Assembly: GCF_009914755.1 (NCBI RefSeq)
Contig: NC_060945.1
Length of the DNA stretch: 64,000 nucleotides
From: the human T2T-CHM13v2.0 reference genome, Homo sapiens
Direction: 5' to 3' (one strand)
The translations under genes were made by a program, and so were the position numbers. The first letter of the stretch is position 1. Each line of letters opens with the position of its first letter. Shown here in pieces: positions 14,213-35,124 of the stretch. A model generated the notes under the pieces. The model ran no database searches and was not told the DNA's origin. It saw only the letters and a list, made by a program, of their open reading frames with translations.

Positions 14213-14608
14213 CCCCACACCTCTCGCGAGAGCGTCGGCTCTTTGCATCGCTCTCTGTCGGAGTGGAGTACTATTAGCATGGAACTCTGGTGTTGTTTGA
14301 CAGGTCACAAAGAGGATCATAGAGATGAGAAGAAAGAGTAGGCTCTGTTGTCCCTCAGACGGCGCTGCTGCAGTGCGTCTTCGCACTTACGCGGAGCGGT
14401 AATGTGAGGAAGCCTCCCGCCAAACAGATGAGGGAGGAGGAGGAGGGGAGAGGCCAGAGAGAGAAGCGGCTTTCGGGAAGGAAAGTGTGATCTAGGAGGT
14501 GGAATAGTCCTCTCCAAACTTTGACCTGAGGTGTGACTATTGGTAATTACTAGTTATTCTTGAGTAATACTTTGTATTTCTACAGCTTTATAGCTACAGA
14601 GCTCTTAG

Positions 14609-14719
14609 AAAGACATTGAATTTTATTTATGATACAATGTTACTTCAAAGACATTGAATTTCATTTATGGTACAATGTTACTTCAAAGACATTGAATTTC
14701 AGTTATGATACAATGTTAC
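14609..14719. repeat. 38-bp minisatellite, about 3 copies (AAAGACATTGAATTTYAKTTATGRTACAATGTTACTTC)
   Basis: Units start at 14609, 14647 and 14685. Confidence 0.93.
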
Positions 14720-15289
14720 CTGGCTTGATGTCCCCCGTTCCCCAGTCTTTCAGGAACAAGGAAAGCAAAAGTGTTTCCGTGTTTTCTAAAGAATGCCAAG
14801 TTTGCAAGCAATTCTATGACTAAATACTTTCCGAAGCTTAGTGAGTTTCAGAAACAAGTGGAAGGAAAATAGAGCAGGGGGTGGGGAAGGTTGTGACAGT
14901 TCTCAGACTTGCGTGACAAAGCCCTCGCTGGCCACACCTTCACAGGGTGATTGCGCCTAAGGTTGAACTCACCGGCTTTCCCTATCTCATCACCGAACTA
15001 GAAGTTTTTCCTTCGGGCATGCACCTGTGCATGCGAATTCATTTTGATGTTTCGAAATTAAAAGGGTATTCGGTAGAGTGAAAAAAATCCACCCATGTCT
15101 GGAAGGCTGTTCACTTCCTCAGTGGCAATGTTAACAGTTTCTTATGATCCTCTAAAGATGTTCCATGAACATAAAAGCAAATAAATATGCATATTTTAAT
15201 GTGTTCCCCTTTTTACACAGATGGTGTGTAAGCTGCATTTTTAGCCTACCGTAGATTGGAGATCGGCCCATATCTGTATATGAAGGGTT

Positions 15290-15595
<306 letters not shown>

Positions 15596-15920
15596 TCTAT
15601 TTTTTTTTTTAACCCACCTGCGTAGTGATTCATTGTTGGGATATACCGTAATTTATTTAACCAGTTCCATAAACATTGATATTTAGATTATTTCTAGTCT
15701 TAATCAGTGCTGTAATGAAAAGCTTTGAAAAACTGTTACATCTGTAGGATGAAATAGAATTGAAATTGCTAGATCTCAATATATGCATTTATGATTTTGC
15801 TAATTCTAAATTTCTTTTTATAGAAGTTATGCAGTTTGCACTTATATCAGCAAACATTAGGATGCCTGTTTGCCCACACCATCCTGTAGAAATTTCAGTA
15901 AGATTTAAATTCCAGGTTGA

Positions 15921-16452
<532 letters not shown>

Positions 16453-16905
16453 TAATTTTTATATTTTTAATTAGATTTGACATGTGCACAACTAGGACTC
16501 AGTTTTGGAGCTAAGAGCATCCTCTATAACATTAACATTTTCTTCTAGTTAATAGGAAGGGTTAATAACATCTGGCTTCCATTCTACTTATGTTACTCTC
16601 AGTTCTTATATTCTGGCTGTTCAGCATTGGTGTAAGTTCTGATTCCAACAGTGTTTCACTAGTGAAATTGAACTCCCTTTTCTAATCATAGAAGATTCAA
16701 ATTGTGCCTGATCAGCCTCCAGACACCTGAGCCAAGAGAAAGATTTGCAGTAAAATAATTAGGGTAGAGGTAGCAAAGACAAGGTCCAGAAGCCAAATAT
16801 GTTATTATGGTGGCCTGAAATTTCAAAAATTTCTCCCAGTGTAAAAGTGGTGATTGGATATGGATAGAGGGAAGAGTACCTCTCATTTTAAAGTAAGCCA
16901 CAATA

Positions 16906-20144
<3,239 letters not shown>

Positions 20145-21180
20145 TATTCAGATACAACAGATTTATTTATAACTTTGCCAGTCTACCTATTTATATAGTT
20201 AAAGAGCAAAGTTAAACATTTAAAAGTTATCTTACTGCCCAAGCAAGCCAAAGGTTCTTCTATCAGAAGTTATAGAGATTGTGGAAATTAAATTCCTGAA
20301 ATTGAATAGCTACCTTAACTGCCTGTCAGCTGGTATATTATCAGAAACTAATTACTTGATAAAGTACTTCTGTACTTTGAGTATCAAATATACTAATTTG
20401 TTTGTTGATATAGTATGTCATCACCATTTAATATTGCAATGCTTTTAGTATCCTGGGAAGACAAAGAACTAATACATCAACCATTTTGTTTCAATCAATA
20501 AATTGTTCCTTTAAAAAAAGTCATCTTTCCAAGCAATAATTCTGGTTAGTATTTTTCCCATGAAATTGTGACTTTACATGGATTAATTGACACACAGATT
20601 CAGACAAAATAGGCAATAAGCAGTTTGGTTTGCCAACTCAGTCCTAAACCATGCAGTCTGGAACAATGACTACCAAATTCAGGTCTGTGAACTTGTGAAA
20701 AGTTTTCCCTACTCAGCTGCCAAAATAAAAGAGGAAGGACAGTCTGTGTGTATAGAGTAACCAGATGTCCTTTCTTGGAAGAAATAGTCCTTTATTCTGA
20801 AATTATGTGCCTTTTTTTCTCTTTCATGTTAAGATGAGAAAATTTCTTTATTTCTATAAACAATGATGCTAATATATGGTAGTCTGTGAGTTTATCTTCA
20901 TACCCTTACTTGGAAAACTGAAATGTAGTAAAAGCTATAGGCCCTCCTCAATTTTTTATTTTATCTTTAAAAAATTTTATCTGGTAGGTGAAATATAACA
21001 GCCTAGGAGTCCCTGATCTAGGATTTTCCTTTTTTTAAAAAAACTATAACTCTGGACATCTCAATAATTCTATTCTGGAAAAAGGCTGAAGAAATAATGT
21101 AATAATTTTTTAGATTGATTTAGACCTTACTTTGATGAAGGCAGTTCTGCAGTAACTTAAAGTAGAATGTCAACTCATGG

Positions 21181-21580
21181 GTGCCACGGTTTGAATGTAT
21201 CCCCCAAAATTCATGTGTTGGAAACTTAATTCCCAATGTAACAATGTTGAGAGGTGAGACATTAAGACATTAGGTCATGAAGGGTCTGCCCTCATGAATG
21301 GATTCATGTGGTGGTCGCTGGATTAGTGGGTTAGTTATCTTGGGATTGGCTTCCTCATAAAATGCATGAGTCCAGCCCCCTTTCTGTCTTGCTCTCTTGT
21401 ACTCTCTTCCCCTGTCACGTACTGCCGTGGTGTGTGGTGCAGCAAGAAGGCCTTCACCAGATGTGGCCCCTCAACCTTGAACTTTCCAGCTTCCAAAACG
21501 ATAAGAACTAAATTTCTGTTCTTTATAAATTATCTAAGCTGTGGTATTTTGTTATAGCAACACAAAATGTACTAAGACAA
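21181..21580 (+). mobile_element. MST/MLT1A-type MaLR LTR
   Basis: tgccacggtttgaatgtatcccc...actaagaca. Confidence 0.8.
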
Positions 21581-21808
21581 TAGGGGAAGAGATTTTTATG
21601 TTTTGTTCACTGCTGTTTTCACAGTATGTTCAATGGCTCTTGGCACAGAATAGACAATATTCGTTGACTGAATGCTATTGGACATTATCTGTTTATTGAA
21701 TTAGTGATAAATATTTTACCCTACGTTGATATAAATGGACATATTCTACAGGTAACAACCCTTTATTTCTAAAGCATGATCTCAATGTATTATAAATTAC
21801 TGAAGTAG

Positions 21809-22106
<298 letters not shown>

Positions 22107-22198
22107 ATTAGTTCTTAAAGTAGTAATAGACATCTCCCCTCCACCTTTGGGAACTGCCTCCTCTAGGGAGAAGAGTACCCCGTGAGTTAGGAGGCCAG

Positions 22199-22670
22199 GT
22201 GATATGGTTTGAATATTTGTTCTCTCCAAATCTCACGTGGCAATGTGACCTCCTGTGTTGGAGGTAGGGCCTGGTGAGAGGTGTTTGGATCATGGGGCAG
22301 ATGCCTCCTGAATGGCTTGGTGTCATCCTGTAACAAGTGTATTCTTGCCCTATTTGTTCCCATGAGAACCTACTGTTTAAAAGAGTCTGGTACTTCCTCT
22401 TCTCGCTCTCTCTCTCTCTCTCGCTTCTGTCTCACCATGTGACATGCTGGCTTTCCTTCACCTTCTGCCATGAGTAGAAGGTTCCTGGGGCCCTCACCAG
22501 AAAAAAATGCTGGTGCCATGCTTCTTGTACAGCCTGTGGGACCATGAGCCAAATAAACCTCTTTTCTTTATAAATTACCCTAGCCTCAGGTATTTCTTTG
22601 TATCAACAACAACAACAAGGGCACACACCAAAAAAGAAAAAAAAAAAAAAAAGAAATGGACTAAGACACC
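22199..22670 (+). mobile_element. MSTA/MSTB MaLR LTR
   Basis: tgatatggtttg...aataaacctcttttcttt...ggactaagaca. Confidence 0.83.
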
Positions 22671-24032
22671 AAGTTACATTGTACTGGCTGATGCAAAGTG
22701 GGCTGATCAGAATCTCCCGAGATTTTGCCCTTGAAACAGAGACAGTGAGTCCCTGCTTATGGCTGGAATTGCAATGAACTCAAAAGCAGTAGGAAAGCCT
22801 TAAATTACATGTCAACTCAGGAGCCAAGAAAACTAGTCAATGTAGCGAGAGAGAAGAATGAGGACAGAAAGGATACTCTGAGGGCTTCTGGTACCTTCCC
22901 AGGTCCTTGACTCTTCCAGAAGCTGGACTGCACGCCATGTGTGAGTTCCCTTGATCTTCTTGGAATCCTTATAATAAATTTCCTTTTTGTTATTGTTGGT
23001 ATTAATGATGTTTTATTGTGTTACGTATATTTGCTTAAAGAGTTATTTTCATTTTATAGTAGGGTAAATTTTATCTGTGTACCTTATACAATTGTTTTTA
23101 AAAGTTCACTTGCTTAATAACTCTTCACCTATAGCTTTTGTTCAACAGAGTTTTTCTCTTATTTCTTTCTTTTTAAAAACTATGCACACATACATCCTCA
23201 CAAGCAGGCATTTAAGCAGCAAGTAACAGTGAGGAATGCTCTCTCTCCTGCAGGCACATAGTTATTGCAAGTAACTTGCTAATAGAGATAAGTACCTCTG
23301 TTTAGAGCATATAAATGGTCCTAGTTAAAATTGTTAGTAAATTTATACTTTGTATCAAACTCTATTAAAATGTAGCCATTGGTTCTAATTGAATGAGATC
23401 ATTGTTTCTACTAAAACTTTGACTCAATCCAGGTTTAAAAGACCCCAAGGTTTTATTTATTTATTTTTTTAAATAAAGTTGTTACTTTAAAAATTATTGG
23501 CCACATTAGTATCCCCAGTGGAGATTCAACTCTTATAAATGTATTCCACTCATGAGTGTTTTGGCAATTCAGCTATAATGGTCATTTCTTCATTTTCCAA
23601 AATGACACTTTCTTCAACCAAAAGAAAGTGAAATTTCTCTTTGTCCAAACTAAGGCCTTCACCAGATGTGACCCCTCAACCTTGGAACAAAAGTAAATGT
23701 TTTAATGAAGGTTACCTTGTTCATCCTAGTTTATTTTTAAGATGTATCTTCTATTTAGACCAGGTATTTCTCTTACCCATTCATTCAACAAAATTTATTG
23801 AACATGTTTGATGCTCTAGGCATTGTGCTAGGCAGTAGGGACACAACAGTGAATAAGACAGATGTTTTCTTTGTCCTAGAACTGTAGTCAGCTGCTAGAG
23901 ATGTAAAAAGTCAATAAACAAATTAATTGCTAATTGTGATTATAATTGTGAACGAAATCAATAGGGTACTACATCTTAAGAACTGATATAAAATGATAGA
24001 AATTTCAGTTTGAGTTTATTTTTTCTATGTGC

Positions 24033-24609
24033 TGTAGGGGACAGGAAACATTCTCTTTACCCTCTGAAGGACTGAAGTAAATAGATAGTAGACAGAGTAA
24101 CAGGAAAAAAAGGCACACAAATTTATTATATGCACAGGGGCATCATAGGAAAAAGTGAGTACCCTATAACCGAATGATATTGAGAAGCTTATATACCTTC
24201 TTCAAAGGGGAGAGACAGGGAAGGATGTAGGCAGCTTAAGGTTGAGAAAATAATTTGGGGAAAAGATGAATAGGTGTTAGAGCCTGTGCCAAGTCTCTCT
24301 GGGCATGATGTTGACCTTCAGTCTCTTCTCTTGGGTTGCAGTTGATCTTCCTTGGTTGAAGAGATTCCTGGGGAGGAGACTCATGACAATTGAGTTTCTT
24401 TTTGGAGGATCTATCTTTAGGCAGGTATGAGAAGTTCAGAGAGCCTCTCCCTGTGCTTTGGGAAAGAAAGAGGGGCCAGAGACAGGAGGGCAGGAGAAGG
24501 TCAGAGAGACCCTGGTTCTGAGGCTCCTTCTGTGGTTTTCCAATCTCCTTTAGTTCAAAGTACTCAGCATGCTAAAGTGGCATGCTTTGTGGTATTGTGA
24601 GCCCTAACA
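24033..24609 (-). mobile_element. ERV1 solo LTR (MER34/MER39 group)
   Basis: TG...CA ends, 4-bp TSD gtgc and minus-strand AATAAA at about 24122. Confidence 0.7.
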
Positions 24610-25637
24610 GTGCCAATGGCCAGTTAAGTATCTTTATCATTAGAAAATGTGTAAGGACTTTGGGGGCTGAGGCAGAACATTTTCCTGCAAGATAATTACA
24701 ATGAACAGCTCCAAGGTGTCTTCAGTAGTAAACTTTTCTTCAAACATTTCATGTAAAATGGGCATTTGAAATCATTTTGTTCAGTTCAGTATTTTATATC
24801 TTCTAGTGTTACTATGTGAAAGAGTATTATTCAGAACCATAGTAGAACAAGATATTTATATTACATTCACAATGGACACTTTATATCTGAGAATAGTGTG
24901 ACCAATGAAAAAGCAAAAATACCAATCTATGCACGCTTTCTGAAAGAACCCACTTACCACCTGTTGGGTCAGTATCATTCATACATTATTGTGCCTCTTG
25001 AAAAAAATTTGAAGCAGATATATTATGGAAGACGACAGTTATAAACATGCTCTCTGGGTATAAAGGATAGAAGAATTGATGTTTCTTTTTTTCTGTATTG
25101 TTTAGTGTTACTAGAGGGCAGCAAAGTCATACAATAAACATACAGTAAGCTTAGACTATGATTACCTAACAGAATCAGATGCAGCTTTGAATTTGTTAAA
25201 AACTACAGATGGACTTTGAAAAGTAACTTTTTCCTAATTATAAAAGTACTGCTTGCACATTTTAGAAATTCAGAAAATGCAAAACAATACAAAGAAGAAA
25301 ATGAGAATAACTTATAAACTAATCATATGGTTTAAATCTTAAAAGGTATTAAATGTTAATTTTTGGTTCATTCCCTTCCTGATTGCTTGTGTTTAGTCAT
25401 TCTCTGCTCAAAACACCTAGACTGTTTTCTGTTTTCTGCACAGATACAGCATCTATTTATCTACAGTAATGTTCTCTGTGTTTTTTAACTAAATGGTATC
25501 ATGCTCTATGTGTTATTTTATAACTTGCTTTTTCCTTTTAGCTTGGGATTTGCAGCTCTTTTAAGTATGTTTAAATATACTTCATTCATTTTCCCAACTT
25601 TTTATTTTGGAAAAATTCAAATGATAAAAACAAGCAG

Positions 25638-29760
<4,123 letters not shown>

Positions 29761-30194
29761 GATTATATGTTTATTCAAAAAATAAATATATCTCCCAGTA
29801 AATAAATATTTCTCCCAGATAGGTAGAAAATAAGAATTGCCCCCATACCATCACCACATATGATACTGTTTTTAGTGTGCGTCCTAGTCTGTTTTTTATT
29901 TTTTGTTGTTGTTTTGTGTGTGTGTGCTTCTAACACCCTCAATTGACTTAATTTCCCTTTCCATTTTTTTTAATGATTTTACTATTAGCAAGTACTTTTT
30001 TTTTTTTTTTTAGTTTAGGATCTGTCTTTGAGGCATCCTTCCTGCTGTATTTGTCTATCTATGGTGCCATTTATATTGTCTTACAATTGTCTTTAGGAGA
30101 AATGTACTCTCTGTAGAGCCAGCTCTCCCTCATTGCTTTCCTAGAGTCTGGGTAGGATAAACATGACCTTGTGCAACATTTTGAGTTGTGACTC

Positions 30195-30554
30195 TGTATT
30201 AGTTTGTTCTCACACTGCTAATAAAGACACACATGAGACTGGGTAATGTATAAAGGAAAGAGGTTTAATTGACTCACAGTTCCACATGGCTGAGGAGGCA
30301 TCACAATCATGGCTGAAGGTGAATGAGGAGCAAAGTCACGTCTTATATGGTGGCAGGCAAGAGTGTGTGTGCAGGGGAACTCCCCTTAATAAAACCATCA
30401 GATCTTATAAGAACTCACTATCATGAGAACAGCATGGGAAAGACCCACTCCCATGATTCAATTACCTCTCACCAGGTACCTCCCACAACCTGTGGGAATT
30501 GTGGGAGCTACAATTCAAGATGAGATTTGGGTGTGGCACAGCCAAACCATATCA
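30195..30554 (-). mobile_element. THE1 (C/D-like) solo LTR with TSD gactc
   Basis: tgtattagt...aaccatatca with a perfect 5-bp TSD. Confidence 0.9.
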
Positions 30555-31890
30555 GACTCTGTTAAATGAAAAAGCCTCCGTACATCATTATTCTTGTAAC
30601 AAATCACATCCAATTTACAAGTGTTCTGTAAATTCTGGAGAAACAGAGGCCCTGAAGTTATTCGTGAGCAAGTCTGGGAAATGGAAATGGAGGTTCCAAT
30701 TCCTGTTTTTACTAATTTAATGTGTATAAAATGTTATCTATATCTTTTCTTCATTCCTTTGTTCCTTCCTTTCTTTTGAGGGACTTTCATAGGTTCATTC
30801 AAGAGTTTTAACCCCTAACTCATTTTTCTCACAAGGCCTTAAATTCCACAACCTCATCATCTACCACCTTTGGTGCTTTCAGAATCATGACTCTCAATGT
30901 TGAAGAATGGGCTACTGCATGGAAGGTGGGTGCAAACCCCTAAAATTTCCACCCCTGGTTCTGGAAAGTGAGAAATTGGGGATTTCAATACTGCAAGCCA
31001 TCCTTCACATTCTAAACTCATTGTCTTTACTTAGTTCCGTCAGCATTTCTTTCTTCCAGTCAGTGGGGTATTGGCATGGACTTGTACTGGCTCATAAGAG
31101 CTGATTGGTAAGTTTTCAGGAATTTGCAAGCTGGTTGTTAAGCACAGTCATTATTGAAAGCAAATTATGTAAACTTACAATTAAATAAATTATATCAAAA
31201 CCAAAAATAATAAATACTCAGAACTTATCACTTCCTAATTATTTTACTTCACTTTACTATTATTCATGCTTTTGGGGTTAGTTGTGCCTGTTGTATAGGT
31301 AGGGTGGAAATACTATATAATGCTGCCCTATTGTATGTCTTTTCTCAACTCCATGTTCTCTTGGTAGCATGAAATTGGGTTATGGTGGCAGTATTTACAC
31401 CACTACATATCAGAGTGTGATTTATGATTTTGTTGAGTGTGATGGAGAAAATGTTAACGATGCAGATTAAACTTAAAAGTGTGTCATGTCCATAGCCCTT
31501 ACATTGTGAATAGTCCCCATACATGAGAAAATATTCCTCCAGTATTTGAAAACTATTATTTGATTCAGCAAAGAAGTTGCTTTCATCACTGACTAGCAAG
31601 TGACATTCTCACATATATCTTTGTTGTTTAACTTTCCTCTTACTTCTAACATAAATGAAAATCTCAACCAATATTTATACCAAAACTATACATGCTCATC
31701 AGTTGCAACCCTAGGTTGGCTTTGTGTACAAGAGTTTGGCAAAAATCAAAGCATTCTTTGAGAACTAATGATGTACAAAGAGTATATAATAAAGAGTAAT
31801 CTATAGTTTATTATCATTTGTAAATTGTGTGCTACACATTCTTTACATCCGTAAAATTGAAATAAACTATGTACATACATATCTGCGTAC

Positions 31891-32966
31891 TTTTTTGAAG
31901 ACTAAAGTGAAAGCAAGTTTATTAAGAAAGTAAAGGAATAAAAGAATGGCTACTCCATAGGCAGGGCAGCCCTGAGGGCTGCTGGTTGCCCATTTTTATG
32001 GTTATTTCTTGGTTATATGCTAAACAAGGGATGGGTTATTCATGAGTTTTCCGGAAATGGGTAGGGGGTGGGCAATTCCCAGAGCTGAGGATTCCTCCCC
32101 TTTCTAGACCATGTTGCCATGGCATTTGTAAACTGTCATGGCGCTGGTTGGAGTGTAGCAGTGAGGACGACCAGAGTTCACTTTCATCTCTATCTTGCTT
32201 TGGGTGGGTTATGGCTTCTTTACTGCAACCTGTTTTATCAGCAAGGTCTTTATGTCCTGCATTTTGTGCTGACCTCCTATCTTATCCTGTAACTAAGAAT
32301 GCCTAACCTGCTGGGAATGCAGGCCAGCAGGCCTCAGCCTTATTTTACCCAGCCTCTAAACAAGATGGAGTCGCTCTGGTTTAAACGCCTCTGACATTTC
32401 CCCGCTCCCTTTTATAAGAGAACCCTTAATCCTAAGGGTCATAGAGAGATGAAGGTCCATCTTTTGTAACTTCTGGAGGCTGAATGAGGTGATGATATTC
32501 CTGCCTATCTATTAGGGTCTCAGATCCAGGGTAGAGAGGAGTTCAGTCAGAGAAAGTCCGTATGGTGAGGGCCATTCATAACTCTGACTAAAAGTGATAT
32601 AACTAGTTTCCAGATTTTGGAGAAATTAGATAGAGAGAAACAAGCATGCTTCAAATTTTGTTCACAGGAGCGTAATTTATGCAATTGTTGAAAGCTGTCA
32701 ATAGCTCAAAAGAAAGGTTTCCTTGACTCCAAAGTCAGCCAATCAGTGTTGGTCTATTTCCTTTGGGTCAGGGGTCTCCTTAGTATCATCCCTTTGTGGT
32801 TGCCATAAAGATGTTACCAGAAAGGGGTCCTAAACCAGACCCCAAAGAGGGTTCTTGGATCTCACATAAGAAAGAATTCAAGGCGAGTCCGTAGAGTAAA
32901 GTGAAAGCAAGTTTATTAACAAAGTAAAGGAATAAAAGCATGGCTACTGCATAGGCAGAGCAGCCC
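31891..32966 (-). mobile_element. MER41 ERV1 processed RNA copy: R-U5 (32966-32812), PBS (32805-32789), about 400 bp internal, PPT (32414-32397), U3-R (32396-31897), A tail
   Basis: LTR start TGTCAGAGGCGTTT. 70-bp R repeat at 31903-31972 and 32897-32966. PBS TGGCAACCACAAAGGGA (tRNA-Arg type). PPT AAAAGGGAGCGGGGAAA. Confidence 0.85.
32912..32917 (-). terminator. Candidate distal EPCIP poly(A) signal (AATAAA) in the MER41 R region, followed by U5
   Basis: AATAAA on the minus strand about 3.07 kb downstream of the EPCIP stop, in a sense-oriented LTR R-U5 context. Confidence 0.5.
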
Positions 32967-34119
32967 ACCTCCCTTTTTTGTTGGAGAGCTGCTGGTTAAA
33001 CTTTTGTTAGCACACCACTGGCCAGAGGCAATAAGCTACTAGCCCCAGGCCAGATGGCTACCATTAACATAGTTTGTTTGACCCACATGATATTATTTAA
33101 AACAAACAAACAAAAAAGCTGAATGGCAAGCCGACATTTACAAATTGTGAGAATTCACATAACAACCTGGAATTCCTCATTCTCTGAAGGATCAGATCTG
33201 GCCCCATCAGATTTTCCCATGGCAACACTCAGTTGGAGCTGAGCCACTGTAGAGCTTCAGGTGGGGCATGCACCCTTACTTAACCACCATCCCACCACTC
33301 CCTGTTGTCCCCCAAACCCTGCAGCTAAGTGCCAAATGCCATTAATCCCCATGCCTGCACTGTGGATTTTCTCTGCCCATTCTTCATCCCACAGCAGCAC
33401 AAACTGAACCATATTTTTAGTCCAGAAATCTGAAACCTCAGGCTTGATTTATAACTAAATTAGCTTTCCTTTTCTGTTGGTTTAAGTCCCATTAACTCAC
33501 AAGTATTTCTCAAAAGACTTACTTAAAACATATGTGAAAGGGCTTTGAAACTATTAAAAGCTACCAAATGGAAGATATTTATAGGAGGCATATACTTTCT
33601 ATCATCATTTAATTTTATACTTTATTAATAAAAATTATTAAAATTCAATTTGTTATATTTTCAGTAACTAATGACAATGAATATATTACTAATCTTTTCA
33701 CTTGTCTTTTCTTGCTTTCCTTTTTCCTCCTTTTTCCCCTTTTCCTTATTTTTTCTTTCACTTTAACATTATCTGCAGTACAATGTCAGTAATGAGGTCA
33801 CATTTTTCTATTAAAATTCATACTTTGGTCTTTGTTTTGGCCTAATTTAAACACTGACATGGGCTCATGCTAATTAGCCTGAATGGCTAAATCCCCCACC
33901 AATTAAGCAAATGTAGAAATTGCAGATTATTTCAGTTACTCTATGTTAAGGTTAAGTGAAAAAAAAAAAAAAGTGATGTATGTGATCTAAAGTCATCAAC
34001 CCCAGGATATCCTGTTAAGTCATGGACTATTTCTTATCATTATGGTATCATGAATGCAATAATGTTTCAAATTCATTCCACTCCAGGTTTAGACATTTGT
34101 ATCACAATTGCAGTGGATT

Positions 34120-34391
<272 letters not shown>

Positions 34392-35124
34392 CATGGATTC
34401 TTTACAGTCCACTTTAATGGCAAGTTGCGTCTCTATGAGGGAAAATTTTCTTTGTACAATAATGAATCCATTTAATTTTTTCAAAAGTATGTTGCTTTGG
34501 TTCCTTTTATCAGCACACATAAAATCATTTTGTGTTAACCGTGTCATATAAAATGCCTTCACTTTGCAATCTTAACCTTCCAAATGGATTGAGCCTTAGA
34601 TGTTTTTTTGTTAATTATCTGTTAATAATTTGAGCACTTTTAACAATAGAAATAATGTTGTAAGTGGTGAGTAAATTCCCAGGCTAGCCCCTAATGTAGT
34701 TAAACATAGCTTGAATGGTATTCATCTAAGTTCTGATTTTTGGAGCAAGAGGAAAAGGAGTAGGAGAAAGAAGATGAAAATGAGAAGAGAAATTGGTGAA
34801 ATGGTATAGCAGGGGCAAAGACAGACCATGCAAAGAAAGAAAAGGAAAAGAATGTGAAAGGCTAGAAGTGAAGAACTTTCCTTGCAGTTAGGCTGTGCTC
34901 TAAGCAAAATTTTGAGATAGATGCAAATGTGTTTTGTGTCCTCCAATTTTCACTGCTGCATCCCTCTCTCTGGAACACTGGTCCCCCCATTTGATCCTAA
35001 GGTCTTACCCTATCCATGCCTGTGGTACCTCCACCCCAACAAACACAGTCTCCAACCTCTTATTTCTTGGTGCATCTATTCTTAGCAAGGTATTTAGAAA
35101 AGATCAGTTTAAGAGAACCTAATC

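Larger units (their letters stand above)
13400..14480. promoter_or_regulatory. CpG island / bidirectional promoter of PAXBP1 (-) and C21orf62-AS1 (+)
   Basis: Very high GC and CpG density over exon 1. NRF1 palindrome GCGCATGCGC at 14112-14121. TCTCGCGAGA (BANP/ZBTB33-type motif) at 14222-14231, with a 9/10 copy at 13683-13692. Confidence 0.92.
31061..33020. mobile_element. MER63-like hAT-Blackjack DNA transposon, interrupted by the MER41 retrocopy
   Basis: cagtgg... and ...cacaccactg termini; internal AT-rich MER63-like sequence. Confidence 0.7.

Noticed and set aside
13097-14517. Long ORFs on both strands (259, 270 and 161 aa and others) around PAXBP1 exon 1
   Set aside because: They reflect stop-codon depletion in a CpG island plus translation of the GA repeat. 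Only 13632-13974 (-) fits the spliced protein.
14609-14719. Direct repeats of CRISPR-like length (38 bp)
   Set aside because: The repeats are contiguous with no unique spacers, there are no cas genes, and the context is eukaryotic: a minisatellite.
32789-32805. tRNA-like sequence
   Set aside because: Only the 17-nt retroviral primer-binding site, not a tRNA gene.
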